IMG/VR virus record: IMGVR_UViG_3300023242_000006
Location: 5,476-69,475 of that record
Length of the DNA: 64,000 nucleotides
Direction: 5' to 3' (one strand)
DNA from: a virus
How positions within the stretch are numbered: the first letter of the stretch is position 1; the number at the start of each line of letters is the position of its first letter. The notes beneath the pieces were generated by a model that was given only the letters and a program-made list of their open reading frames with translations, was not told where the DNA came from and searched no databases. Positions 9,996 to 20,389 of this stretch are shown piece after piece. A program made the position numbers and the translations under genes.

Positions 9996-10205
9996 AGTTT
10001 GATTTTTTAATTATGACACAAAGGTAAATATAATAAATGATATATCCAAATTTTTACCAATTATTTTTAAATTATTTCACCTCTTTTAATTTCTTCTTCT
10101 CGACCCAAAAGTTCTAGGTCACTTTCAATCCAAGCTCTCACTTGTTTTTTGATGTAATCTTTACTCTCTAATTTCTTTGTTGTTGTAAGGTTTTTTTGTC
10201 ATAAT

Positions 10206-10484
10206 TTACATATAATAAGTTGCTTGTGTATAATAATATTCATTTGGTGTTGGTTGATACAAGTGACCGTCACCAAAATAATTGTTTTTCATGTGATGTT
10301 CGGCTTCAACATAAGACCCAAATGATAATATATTGTAATTACCATTATCACTAGACTTAACCATTCTCCAACCCCAAAAACCTTTGCGTTGTATGTGCCA
10401 AGTCATTTTGGTGAAGTCATGTCTTGATTGCGTTACTATTCTATACTTTTCCATTATTCTGTAAAATAGTTTAAGTTTTCCCAA
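10206..10484 (-). CDS. Hypothetical protein
   Basis: ORF of 92 aa. Confidence 0.45.
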   Translation of the reverse strand: MGKLKLFYRIMEKYRIVTQSRHDFTKMTWHIQRKGFWGWRMVKSSDNGNYNILSFGSYVEAEHHMKNNYFGDGHLYQPTPNEYYYTQATYYM

Positions 10485-10848
10485 AAAATAAGATTATACC
10501 TAATATAGTTAGTACCATAACCATTTGCCAGTAAAAGGTTTGTAGTAAGCTAAACCTAAAGCCAAGATGATACGCAAAGGTATATGTCCAGTAATACCAG
10601 TTAAAACCCATATAAATGCCATTACCAATGATAATAATACATAATAGATAACTGCGTTGATAAAGAATTTTTTCATATATTTGTTTTTACTTGTTAATAA
10701 TAATTCCGAAAGAAAGGCAGCCGATAACAACATATACCCAAAAAAGGGGCTTTAGTGCTATGTTCAAGTTCGGTGCTTCGATTATACATTTTGTTTAAAT
10801 TGAGAGTTTTGTGCTTCGATTTCCCCTTCTTCGGGTATATGCCAAGCG

Positions 10849-11232
10849 TTATCGGCAACTGCTACCGACACGTTCAAAATGAAACTTTCCATCCCATAAA
10901 GTGTGCTTAATTGACCCCATATTAATTGCTACTTGCATTTTCGTTTTGCTTTTAAATAAGTATTCAAGTTTTTCATTCAGCATTTTATTGAGCTGAATTC
11001 TATAACCTTCTAAATCTGTATGGCACTTGTAATTATTGCAATCTTTACAACTTGGGTTAAGGTTTTCCAACTCATTACTACCTCCAAAAACTTGTGGTTT
11101 AATATGGTCAACATTCCAGCCTTTGAGTAAATCAACTCCACAATAAGCACACTTACCATTGCACTTATCAAAGACTATTACTCTAATTTTGGCTTTTGAG
11201 TTCATTTTATTTTGATTTGTGAAGAAGGGCAT
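10849..11232 (-). CDS. HNH endonuclease
   Basis: CAYCGVDL...WNVDHIKPQVFGGSNELENLNPSCKDCNNYK is the classic HNH/McrA-type motif. Confidence 0.75.
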   Translation of the reverse strand: MPFFTNQNKMNSKAKIRVIVFDKCNGKCAYCGVDLLKGWNVDHIKPQVFGGSNELENLNPSCKDCNNYKCHTDLEGYRIQLNKMLNEKLEYLFKSKTKMQVAINMGSIKHTLWDGKFHFERVGSSCR

Positions 11233-11371
11233 CCGCTAACAAATGCTATACAATATGTCGGGTGACGTGCTTCGATTAAAAAATTGTGGTTAATTCAACT
11301 TTGGTGCTTCGTATTAACTTTTGCGGTAAAAACCGACACATCGTATAGCACCGATAAGGTTATATGCTATT

Positions 11372-11611
11372 TTAATAGACAGCACGTTTAACGAATCCGA
11401 AAATATCGACAGATGTTCTAACCATCATTTCTTTATCGTATTTTACACGAAACAAAATATTGTCTTTATATCTTTTTATTTTCATTGTTTTTGCGCATTT
11501 TTTAGAACATCTTGTTCTATTAATATTTGTTTCGTATTCAACGCCACAACATTCACATTTAGACTTTTTAAAGTCGATATTTCCTTTGTATTTATTTATT
11601 AAATATTTCAT
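11372..11611 (-). CDS. Zinc-ribbon small protein
   Basis: CECCGVEY...CSKKC. Confidence 0.4.
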   Translation of the reverse strand: MKYLINKYKGNIDFKKSKCECCGVEYETNINRTRCSKKCAKTMKIKRYKDNILFRVKYDKEMMVRTSVDIFGFVKRAVY

Positions 11612-11778
11612 TTTGTTTATAATTTAGGAAAGAAAAACAGCGTATAACAGCGTGTATAAAAAATGGCGGGTTCAGTGCTATTTAGAAACATTTGTGCTAT
11701 ATTCAACGCATTGCTTTCAAGTTAATTTTGTGCTTTAATTCCGCCACTTCTCATACACGCCACCCTTTAGTGGCAAAG

Positions 11779-12006
11779 CTAACCGATGTATTTCCTGACA
11801 AAGTATTGGTCACGATTACAAAACTCCGTTCTATGAGAATTTAGACCATCCCCATAAGCATCTGTTATTTGTTCAGCCTCTGTAAGTAAAAGGCTTTTAG
11901 CTTCATTAATCGCAATATTTATCACTCTATGATACAAAGGGTCATTATCCCATTTTTCTTTGGCTCCTTCGAGCCTTTTTATTAGTTGATTTAACGGAGT
12001 TTCCAT
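11779..12006 (-). CDS. Hypothetical small protein
   Basis: ORF of 75 aa. Confidence 0.4.
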   Translation of the reverse strand: METPLNQLIKRLEGAKEKWDNDPLYHRVINIAINEAKSLLLTEAEQITDAYGDGLNSHRTEFCNRDQYFVRKYIG

Positions 12007-12131
12007 TTCGTTTTTAAATTAAATTTAGTGCTGATAATCCGCCCAGCACATAACAGCGTGTATAAAAAATGGCGTTCGTAATTAATTTTTAAAAACGATA
12101 AACTTGCTATATATGGTATTTATATGATAGC

Positions 12132-12380
12132 TTAACGCCACTTGGTACTAAATTGAATACCTCCTTTTGTTTTTCTGCCATTTTTATATTCTTTTACAAT
12201 TATTGTAGGTCTTTCTAATGCTCTGCCACTAAATCCAGAAAGCCTATTTTTATAATTTAATTTTTGAACCCTAATTGCTTCTTTTTCAATTTCTTCTTTT
12301 GTTGCATCATCATGTATATCGAAGTATTCCCAGCCGTAAGAAGATTGTCCAAAATTTTGTGTGATTTGAAATTTTTTCAT
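12132..12380 (-). CDS. Hypothetical small protein
   Basis: ORF of 82 aa. Confidence 0.4.
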   Translation of the reverse strand: MKKFQITQNFGQSSYGWEYFDIHDDATKEEIEKEAIRVQKLNYKNRLSGFSGRALERPTIIVKEYKNGRKTKGGIQFSTKWR

Positions 12381-12448
12381 AATTTTGTTTTTTAATTTTT
12401 AAAAACTATAAACTTGCTATATCTGGTAGTTATAGTGCATTAATTTGC

Positions 12449-12688
12449 CTAACTATCTGTATGCCATTTGTGGCAAGGCTCACATAAATTGTCTCGGTAT
12501 TCTTTTGTAGGTTTGTCACAATCTCGGCAAACAAACGGCACAATAACAACGGGTATAGTTAATTGCTCTCTTTTGCCTTTTAAATAAGCCTCTTCCATTG
12601 CATCAAGTACATCGTCCCTTAATCTACTTTGTTCATTAAACCCATCTGTCTCTTCTTGTAATATACTTAGTAAGTTTGTTCTTGTCAT
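12449..12688 (-). CDS. Cys-rich small protein
   Basis: CRDCDKPTKEYRDNLCEPCHKW. Confidence 0.4.
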   Translation of the reverse strand: MTRTNLLSILQEETDGFNEQSRLRDDVLDAMEEAYLKGKREQLTIPVVIVPFVCRDCDKPTKEYRDNLCEPCHKWHTDS

Positions 12689-12744
12689 TTTAATTTAATT
12701 TAGTGTTATTAATCCGCAACTAACCATACCCAAAGCGTTAGCAA

Positions 12745-12951
12745 CTATTTAAAATTTGCTTTATAATCAGTTGTATCTATTTTAATCAAGTGGTAAGCCT
12801 CACTTGTTTTTCCATTGCCTTCGAGTCTATACATTACTCCATCTGTATCTTTTACTATTTTACCGTCTTTTTCGTAAGTGCATCCTACTAAAAACACAGT
12901 TGCTAACAATGTATAAAATGCATAGCTTAATTTCGTTCTTAAATTTTTCAT
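12745..12951 (-). CDS. Putative lipoprotein
   Basis: Lipobox LVGCTY. Confidence 0.4.
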   Translation of the reverse strand: MKNLRTKLSYAFYTLLATVFLVGCTYEKDGKIVKDTDGVMYRLEGNGKTSEAYHLIKIDTTDYKANFK

Positions 12952-13051
12952 TTGTTGTATTTTTAAAGTTTATTAATTAATTCAAAGTTTTGTGTTGTTT
13001 AGGTTGCTACGCACCTTATACAATCGTTATCACTCAGCTTAGAAGTAATAG

Positions 13052-13273
13052 CTAAAGAATTGCAATATATTTTTTAACTTCATTCCAATATTTAAAATTT
13101 AATCTATCACTATCATAAATATTTGGATTGTCGTTTATTATTTCTTCGACTGCAATTTGTGCATATTTTTTAGCCATTTCTAGTTCAACTATATGCTCAT
13201 CTTTGGTTTTTTCAAAAACATTTCCTCTATACATTTTGTTTGCTAATTCATTAGCTTTTTTAATTGGTGTCAT
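13052..13273 (-). CDS. Hypothetical small protein
   Basis: ORF of 73 aa. Confidence 0.4.
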   Translation of the reverse strand: MTPIKKANELANKMYRGNVFEKTKDEHIVELEMAKKYAQIAVEEIINDNPNIYDSDRLNFKYWNEVKKYIAIL

Positions 13274-13441
13274 AATATTTTTGTATTTAAAAGCCGAAGT
13301 GATAACATACGCTAACCGCTATTTAGGCTTTTGGTTTAATTTAATAATTGTTTTGTGTCTGTAAGTATTTGTAATAATCTGAAAATTTAGGCTTACTTTT
13401 CCCTAAACATCGTATAGCACCGATAAGGTTAGCGGTAATTT

Positions 13442-13729
13442 TTAGAACGCTTGAAGAATATAACCATTGTATAAGCGTTTTGTTTCAGCTAATTGACTAC
13501 GTTCGTCTTCTGTACATTCATTCCAATGTTCCGCTTCATTATCATTGTGTTTTTGGTCATATTTGTTGATAGGTACTTTGACAATAAGTGTTTTGTCTTT
13601 ATTAACAAACACACGTCTGGTCAATCCAGTGTTCTTGTAGGTAAAGGCTTCACCATTTACAAATATAACATCAGCTGTAGATTCTACGGTAGCCGTTTTA
13701 ATGTTAACTATGTGTTCTATTCTACTCAT
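13442..13729 (-). CDS. Hypothetical protein (start at MSRIEH, 2 nt downstream of the promoter motif)
   Basis: ORF 13442..13831 trimmed. The N-terminal extension in the track is a translation of the terminator-promoter cassette. Confidence 0.5.
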   Translation of the reverse strand: MSRIEHIVNIKTATVESTADVIFVNGEAFTYKNTGLTRRVFVNKDKTLIVKVPINKYDQKHNDNEAEHWNECTEDERSQLAETKRLYNGYILQAF

Positions 13730-13731
13730 GG

Positions 13732-13790
13732 TACAAAGGTATAAAATAAAAATGACACTACCAAAAGATAATGTCATTATTTTTAATTTA
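13732..13790 (-). promoter_or_regulatory. Terminator-promoter cassette, copy 2
   Basis: TACAAAGGTAtaaaataaaaaTGACACTAccaaaagaTAATGTCAttattttt. Confidence 0.6.
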
Positions 13791-13802
13791 TTTTCAGTAA
13801 TA

Positions 13803-14111
13803 TTAAAAAAACAAGTTAATAAACCACGCAAATAACAATACTAACCATGGTGTGAGTAATAAATTACCCCACATTTTGCCGTTGTCTTCATATTCACTCT
13901 TAATCGATACACCTAAACTAGGTTTTATTGCTGTTAAAAACAACGAAAAACCTACAAACTGCAACACTGTGAAATGTGGTGCATCAGCAAATGCCGATAA
14001 GATAAACCAACCATACAATGTGTGTGCGATAAAACCCCAGACAAATGCGTTGTAACATAAGATACCTAATGTTAAACCAATTACACCAATCAATACTAAT
14101 AAACTTTCCAT
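13803..14111 (-). CDS. Membrane protein
   Basis: Multiple TM segments. Confidence 0.45.
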   Translation of the reverse strand: MESLLVLIGVIGLTLGILCYNAFVWGFIAHTLYGWFILSAFADAPHFTVLQFVGFSLFLTAIKPSLGVSIKSEYEDNGKMWGNLLLTPWLVLLFAWFINLFF

Positions 14112-14154
14112 TTTATTTTTTTTTTTAATATTTATACTACAAAGGTAAATAAAA

Positions 14155-14427
14155 CTATTGTCTTTTCCAAATTTTTCGAGCAGAATTACTCTTTGGTGAT
14201 AAAATATTTCTTATCACACCCATATTGTTACCCCATAAAACTAGGAACAATCCTAAGCACACCCAACGGTTGGTATGGTAACCAATGATAAAAAAACCAA
14301 CAACTGATATGCAGAACTCAAACAGCAAATAAAAAAACTTTGCTTTTGAAATTTTCAAATCTAATTCAGCTTTTTTTCTCTTTTCTTCTTCCAACAAGTA
14401 TTCCTTGTATTTATCTAATGAACTCAT
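14155..14427 (-). CDS. Membrane protein
   Basis: TM helices. Confidence 0.4.
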   Translation of the reverse strand: MSSLDKYKEYLLEEEKRKKAELDLKISKAKFFYLLFEFCISVVGFFIIGYHTNRWVCLGLFLVLWGNNMGVIRNILSPKSNSARKIWKRQ

Positions 14428-14768
14428 ATCTCAAAGTTTTGGTTATTCACACTATCCTGTGTGGTTTCGTAAACCTGTGATTTAATTTTGTTGTAACCAT
14501 TGGTGTCAGTTTCTCGTTCGTAGTTAATCAACAAACGCATTGAATGTAGAATATCATAACCCATTTTGTTAATCTTGTTACTAAACTTAACACCGTTACC
14601 AGTAACAGTCATTTTCACGATAAACTCACCACGAGTATGACTAGTCCATTGCTCACCATTTGAATGAAACAATGATATTACTCTACCATTTTTGGTAGGT
14701 TTGTCAGTAATACTGTATTCGTGAAGTCCTTCATCAAATACGTGGAATGTTCTTTTTACCTTAGACAT
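14424..14768 (-). CDS. Hypothetical protein
   Basis: ORF of 114 aa. Confidence 0.45.
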   Translation of the reverse strand: MSKVKRTFHVFDEGLHEYSITDKPTKNGRVISLFHSNGEQWTSHTRGEFIVKMTVTGNGVKFSNKINKMGYDILHSMRLLINYERETDTNGYNKIKSQVYETTQDSVNNQNFEI

Positions 14769-15027
14769 TTTTTGAACTTAATAGTGTTTGTAATTCGTTA
14801 AAGTCAGAATCACGTAGCTTTTCATCCTCATAATACGTATAGCTACTAAAAGATTGTGGGGTTTTTTCTTCAAGTTCAATTGAAAAACCACTTACATCAC
14901 CTTTACTAATTTTACCAAATTTGGTAGGGTCTTTAAGGATTTTTTTTAAATCGTTTTTAAGGGCGATATTTAATATGTTTATTTTCATATAGCAAAGATA
15001 TTAAAATTATTTATAATAAACAAATTA

Positions 15028-15345
15028 TTACCATTTTATTTTTACTTCAAGGTCAAAAGTTATTGGTTCCGTGGTAATCAAGTAACCAATTCTATTTATA
15101 AAGTGATAACCACTACAATAGTACATACAAGCATTAACTTCCCCACTATCGTTTATTTCTTCTTCACAATCACTCTCTATGATTGTTATTACTCGGTTTT
15201 CTTTTGCCATTTGCAGAACAAAGTCAATTTCATCACCGTAGGTTTCAAACATAGACCCATTAAATGATGCGTTGGTGTCAATATGATTTTGAACTAATTC
15301 AAATTGTTCATCAAATTGTTCTTCTGTAAGTTGTAATGGTGTCAT
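15028..15345 (-). CDS. Hypothetical acidic protein
   Basis: ORF of 105 aa. Confidence 0.45.
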   Translation of the reverse strand: MTPLQLTEEQFDEQFELVQNHIDTNASFNGSMFETYGDEIDFVLQMAKENRVITIIESDCEEEINDSGEVNACMYYCSGYHFINRIGYLITTEPITFDLEVKIKW

Positions 15346-15574
15346 ACCAATTTTTTTTAGTTAATTTTTCATACTTGGTAATCATACTATTCATATTAAA
15401 ATATATGATACTAAAGATTACAGCACCAATAGGTATAATAATCCAATCATAACTAGCATTTGGGTTTTTACTTGGTATAAAAATAAATGGTAGTGTAGCT
15501 AACCAACACAAAATGGAACACCATTTCATTTGCATCCTAAAATTTTTCGCCTCTTTTAAGGTTTCTTCTGACAT
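15311..15574 (-). CDS. Membrane protein
   Basis: TM helices. Confidence 0.4.
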   Translation of the reverse strand: MSEETLKEAKNFRMQMKWCSILCWLATLPFIFIPSKNPNASYDWIIIPIGAVIFSIIYFNMNSMITKYEKLTKKNWYDTITTYRRTI

Positions 15575-15585
15575 ACTAATTTTTT

Positions 15586-15936
15586 TTAAATGAACCCTAA
15601 ATATCTACTTGGTTTATCGAAGCCATCCAATTCCATGTATTCTTTTGCTCTTTCTTCTGAAGTTCCCTCGGCAATGTATTGAGCCGTTTTAGCCACTTTA
15701 AAACCAGACATAAGCGTTTGTGCCACTTTCTTGCTATCTTCGTTTCTAGCGTCTGTATGGTACTCATCAGATGCCATGTGTTCGATAGTCTGCAACATCA
15801 AACCAAAGGCTGATTGTTGTAGTGTTCTATGTTGCCATGAAAATATTTCGACAAACTCTTTATTCTTCTCTTTGTTACTAGAGTTAACGAAATCAGTTAT
15901 TGCATCAGCTAATTCTTTTGGTGATAATCTTAACAT
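15586..15936 (-). CDS. Hypothetical protein
   Basis: ORF of 116 aa. Promoter motif at 15962. Confidence 0.5.
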   Translation of the reverse strand: MLRLSPKELADAITDFVNSSNKEKNKEFVEIFSWQHRTLQQSAFGLMLQTIEHMASDEYHTDARNEDSKKVAQTLMSGFKVAKTAQYIAEGTSEERAKEYMELDGFDKPSRYLGFI

Positions 15937-15995
15937 AATAATGTTTTTAATTGATTAGATAACAAAGGTAAGCAAAATATTTTAAAGCGCCAAAT

Positions 15996-16286
15996 TTAAA
16001 ATGGAGAATCTTCTATTATTTCTAAAATAAATTCTTCTTTTATAGCTATAGCATTAAGTTTTAACTTTTTAGCGTTAATTCTTTTAGAGTTTATAATATA
16101 AATAATTGAACCTAAATGATATTTTGGGGATAATTCTTTTAGATTAAAAGATTTTTCACCTATATTACAAGGTAATTGATAAATTTTAGAACCAGAACAA
16201 ACAATGTTAGGAAAACCATTAAATTTATATGAAATAACCATAATTTTGATTGTATGGTTATCTACTTGTTTTTCAATTAGTTTCAT
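15996..16286 (-). CDS. Hypothetical protein
   Basis: ORF of 96 aa. Confidence 0.4.
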   Translation of the reverse strand: MKLIEKQVDNHTIKIMVISYKFNGFPNIVCSGSKIYQLPCNIGEKSFNLKELSPKYHLGSIIYIINSKRINAKKLKLNAIAIKEEFILEIIEDSPF

Positions 16287-16327
16287 ATATTATACAATTA
16301 AAAGTTCGTATATCTAGTAGTTAGCGG

Positions 16328-16825
16328 TCAGGCTATGACAGACACCACGTTTTCAAAATTAACATAAGTATGACCTTTCCCTTTTTCACAACCTTGACCT
16401 TCGTGCCAAAAACCATACTGCATAGTTTCAGGGTATAGTTTGACAATTTCGCCTTCAAATTCACCTTTACGAACCAATTTTGCTATTACTTTTTGACCTT
16501 CAATCAAATCAAGTTTAAACTCATTTTCAGCAACCCATTTTTTAATAAATGTTTCTTGAACGTTGCTTCTATCGTAAGAAACGCTATCAAGAATTTCTAC
16601 TAATTCGCTATCAGGAGCAAAACCTTCGTCCTCAAACTCTTTTGCAAGTTCATAGCCATCATCGTTGCTGTGCCATTGAAGTATTTTTTCAGCAGTTTCA
16701 ATACAATCTTCTAATGGTGTTTCATCGTTACACCATTCGTTTACTTGCTTTCCTACAATTTTAGCAAGTTCTTTTACCATTTCATCGTTCCAAGTTGGAC
16801 GAGTTGTTGTTAATGTTTCTGACAT
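16328..16825 (-). CDS. Hypothetical protein (165 aa)
   Basis: ORF. Confidence 0.5.
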   Translation of the reverse strand: MSETLTTTRPTWNDEMVKELAKIVGKQVNEWCNDETPLEDCIETAEKILQWHSNDDGYELAKEFEDEGFAPDSELVEILDSVSYDRSNVQETFIKKWVAENEFKLDLIEGQKVIAKLVRKGEFEGEIVKLYPETMQYGFWHEGQGCEKGKGHTYVNFENVVSVIA

Positions 16826-17359
16826 TTTCTTGTTATTTATTTGTGGACTTCTAAAAGCGGAGAAGCCCGAACCGCTAACAGCACCTACAATAAATTGGGG
16901 GTTCTGTGGTAACTTGTATCTTTGTTCTTCGCATCAAGTGTAGTGGTTCAATGAATTTTTCTGCTCCGAAATCCCCAACTTCTTGTAGCTGCATTCCGTT
17001 ATGTGTAAGTGTTACATTCATACTTCTAATCAACAATTTTCGCATCTTTTAATATACTTTCTCTAAAATATAATTCGTTTCCATGACATAACTTCTCAGT
17101 TTTCCAATCAAAAAGTTCCCTTTGCCCTCCCAGTCTTTTTATCTCAGGAAATTCTTGATTCAAATCCTCTATTCTTTTTTTTAGAAAATCAATTCGTTCA
17201 TCAAATTGACATTTAATCTCTTTTGTAATTGTAATACCTTTCATCTTATTTAATATTTTAGTTTAATTAACCCCAGTAGTTATATGCAATGCTACGTTTG
17301 TGCTTCGTATTAAGTTTCGTGGTTATAATCTTTTTGTTTTATTTTTCTATCACACAAAA

Positions 17360-17929
17360 TTAAGAAATCATTTTAATTTGTTTTGAATTTAATACAACAT
17401 ACACATTAGATACGTTTGCATCTTTACCATACCCAACACCATCATGTACATTTTTAATAATAACCCCATCAAAACCATATTTAATTGCTATTTCAGGTGT
17501 TCTATTTGTTGTTATCCTATCAACCCCATGTTTTAACAAATACTTAATCGCATCTTCACTATTTTCTATACCTTCTACTGAAATATAATCCCAAGATTCA
17601 AAATTAGCATCCACTATTAATGGTTTAACTATTTTAAGATATACATCATATATTATTTTTTCACCATTTTCTTTTTTAGAACGATGTGTTGCATATTTAT
17701 CAGCTAGATTAATATCAGTAGTAAAATATGCATATTGATTTTCACTTGTTCTGAATGAATCAAATTTATTATTTGTGCCATGATAAACTATTAATGGATT
17801 CCCATTTTTATCAACAACTTTACTATTACCAAACCATTCTCGAAAATTATCATTCAAATTGTTATTAATTGTTTTCTGTTCATTTAAATATTCACGTATA
17901 GTCGTTGCTATAAATTTCCTTAGTTCCAT
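17360..17929 (-). CDS. Hypothetical protein (189 aa). I suspect an ADP-ribosyltransferase-like fold but cannot confirm it
   Basis: VYHGT..F...YFTTD..ESWDY..EGIENSE segments. This is a weak impression only. Confidence 0.3.
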   Translation of the reverse strand: MELRKFIATTIREYLNEQKTINNNLNDNFREWFGNSKVVDKNGNPLIVYHGTNNKFDSFRTSENQYAYFTTDINLADKYATHRSKKENGEKIIYDVYLKIVKPLIVDANFESWDYISVEGIENSEDAIKYLLKHGVDRITTNRTPEIAIKYGFDGVIIKNVHDGVGYGKDANVSNVYVVLNSKQIKMIS

Positions 17930-18066
17930 AATGATAAATAGTTTAATCTATATATAAATAGTCACTTTTTAATTTTCCACCCAGAAAAATAAAACAAAAG
18001 GGTTCAGTTCTCCGATTAAACATTCCACCTTAATAATCCACACCTACACATAATAAGGTGTATAAT

Positions 18067-18570
18067 TTAAAGTTTTCTTGTTGCACCATTGGAATCGGTT
18101 GCGACAATAACACATTGGTCATTTAATCGTAACAATCGATAACAAGCTTCATCACTTGCTTTGTTAGCACTCTTAGTTTTAAGGATAACAACACCTTTTG
18201 AATCAAATACCTCAAACTTTAAAGGTAAAGAAGAATCAAATCTATAACCAAATCTTACTTCTCTAAAATACTCATCACGAGTACCAATCTTTTTTACCTT
18301 GAAAGAAATGTCTTTATCCCATTGAGTTGAGTTTTCTGGAAACGTACCGTCTTCGTTTTGAAGAACTGGATAGATTGAAAGATATGGTTTTTCACCAGTA
18401 GTGTCTTCCCATGTGAAGTTAACATCCCAAACCTTACCATTATTATCAGTGAAAGCATTCCAGTTATCATGTAAGTCACCCTCTCTAAGGTCAATTACGT
18501 GTTTCTCATTTTGGAACATAAGAGTTAATACTTTGTTCTTGCAGTCAACGATTGAAGTTAAATTTTCCAT
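18067..18570 (-). CDS. Hypothetical protein (167 aa)
   Basis: Promoter motif at 18607. Confidence 0.5.
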   Translation of the reverse strand: MENLTSIVDCKNKVLTLMFQNEKHVIDLREGDLHDNWNAFTDNNGKVWDVNFTWEDTTGEKPYLSIYPVLQNEDGTFPENSTQWDKDISFKVKKIGTRDEYFREVRFGYRFDSSLPLKFEVFDSKGVVILKTKSANKASDEACYRLLRLNDQCVIVATDSNGATRKL

Positions 18571-18649
18571 ATTAAATTGGTTTTAGCGTTAATGACGGTA
18601 CAAAGGTAAGTATAATATTTTAAACTACCAAGTAATTCCTGGTTTATTT

Positions 18650-18958
18650 TTAATTTAACCAGATTTTTGTGTTTTCACCTAATATATTTATTACCTCATA
18701 TATTTCGGTTTCGTAACAGAATAAAGCCTCTTTAAAAATTTTAATGTTTTTGTTGATGTAAACCAATTGTAACTCAATACAGTCAACTAATTCTAATTTA
18801 GCATCACTATCAACAAAAAGGTAAGTAGTATATAATTCGCCTAGTAATTCAGCACGTATTTTTAATAACCCATTCAAGAAAGTAGTTGTACTATCATGGT
18901 TTAACTTTGAATATACTTCGTACACTGTGAATAATCTTTTGTCTATTTGAATACGCAT
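18650..18958 (-). CDS. Hypothetical protein (paralog of the disrupted gene at 20390..20630)
   Basis: Promoter motif at 18979. Sequence similarity to the frameshifted copy. Confidence 0.5.
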   Translation of the reverse strand: MRIQIDKRLFTVYEVYSKLNHDSTTTFLNGLLKIRAELLGELYTTYLFVDSDAKLELVDCIELQLVYINKNIKIFKEALFCYETEIYEVINILGENTKIWLN

Positions 18959-19201
18959 AATTTCTATTGTTTATTTATTATACTACAAAGGTATGTAATT
19001 AATTCCATGTATCCAAATTTACACATAAAAAAAATGGATGGCTTTCGCCACCCACTCTAAAACGTAAGAACCACCAAACGTTTTAATCACTAACACAAAC
19101 CTTTGTTACCATAGCAACAGCGATTTCGCATATTTATGTTAGTAGATAAGTTAACATGAAACAAAAATAAATCTATTTAAAACTTTTTTATAATTAATTG
19201 A

Positions 19202-19876
19202 TTACCGATAATTTGCGGGGTCTTTTCCTTCTTTCCTCAACTGGTTTTCATATCTTTTTTGTGCGTCATCTTCAATTTGTTGGTATGTCCTGTTTCCAAC
19301 TCTTTCATATTCAATCTCTGAAGGTGTCTTCTCATTAAATCCCAAGATTTCTCTAACCCAACCAACATCATTTTTTATATTGCTTTTACCGATGTTATAT
19401 CCAATAAAAAACATTACGCAAACAGCAACAATATAAAATAACCAACGAGAGCCAACCGTATTGTTAATATCAATTATCCATCTATATAATAAACCACCAA
19501 GCAGTATCATTACTATACAACTTACAAACACACCAGTATTGATAGCAAATAGAACATTCAAAGATGATTCCTCAAAAAAGAAGTCTAGCAACCTTAACAT
19601 CAACCAACCATGTGTAAAATCAAACAATACATAACCACTGATTAACATTACCACCCAAAACTTTATCTTTGAAAACCCATCAAAGGATAAAACAGATAAC
19701 ACAAATAATAATGGCGCTAAAAACACACCTATGATTGCACCGCTGAATAACATTAAAAACCCACTAGCAAAATCTAAATGAGCAATAGTTTCAAAATCGT
19801 ATTCTTTAACTGTAAATTTACTTCCATCAGCATTCTTGCCTCTGAAAATATTTTTTGGGAAAAAATTACTTACCAT
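19202..19876 (-). CDS. Polytopic membrane protein
   Basis: At least 5 TM helices. Confidence 0.5.
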   Translation of the reverse strand: MVSNFFPKNIFRGKNADGSKFTVKEYDFETIAHLDFASGFLMLFSGAIIGVFLAPLLFVLSVLSFDGFSKIKFWVVMLISGYVLFDFTHGWLMLRLLDFFFEESSLNVLFAINTGVFVSCIVMILLGGLLYRWIIDINNTVGSRWLFYIVAVCVMFFIGYNIGKSNIKNDVGWVREILGFNEKTPSEIEYERVGNRTYQQIEDDAQKRYENQLRKEGKDPANYR

Positions 19877-19893
19877 ACTTTTTATTTTTTAGT

Positions 19894-20286
19894 TTATAAT
19901 TCATCAATTGAATCCAGATAAATAACTGTATCATTGACCGTAATGTACTCTCTGTCTTCCATTTCTGCATCAAACCATACCTTGAACCAACCTAACTCAC
20001 TAGACCCTTCTTTCAAGTCGTCATGTAGGCAAACAACATCACCCTTGTGTTGGTAGAAAAGATTTTCATCACTTGAATAATCTGCGTACTCAATTACTTT
20101 GATTGTATTGGTGTTTTCTTGGTTGTACCCATCCAAATGGTTGTGTAATGCAATCATGCAACGTGTGTCACCAAAAAAGTTTCCTTTCTTGATATTGATT
20201 TTACCGTATGAACGTTTTTTATCTACGGTGTCGTAAGCTACAAAATAGTTACCTTCTTTCTTAATTTTAAATTCTTGTACTGACAT
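19894..20286 (-). CDS. Hypothetical protein
   Basis: Promoter motif at 20318. Confidence 0.5.
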   Translation of the reverse strand: MSVQEFKIKKEGNYFVAYDTVDKKRSYGKINIKKGNFFGDTRCMIALHNHLDGYNQENTNTIKVIEYADYSSDENLFYQHKGDVVCLHDDLKEGSSELGWFKVWFDAEMEDREYITVNDTVIYLDSIDEL

Positions 20287-20389
20287 GGCTTTTTGGTTTT
20301 AATTATTAATACGATACAAAGGTAGGGAAAAGAAATGAAATAACCAAATCTTTTCCCATATTTTTTAATTAATTTGCAACAGCAACTTC

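Noticed and set aside
11372-12688. Reading the Cys-rich small proteins as zinc-finger transcription factors
   Set aside because: I see only C-x2-C pairs. That is not enough to assign function.
17360-17929. ADP-ribosyltransferase or Tpt1/KptA assignment for the 189-aa protein
   Set aside because: An HGT-like motif is present, but the R-H-x-R/GHS (Tpt1) and R-S-E (ART) catalytic signatures could not be placed. I kept it as hypothetical.
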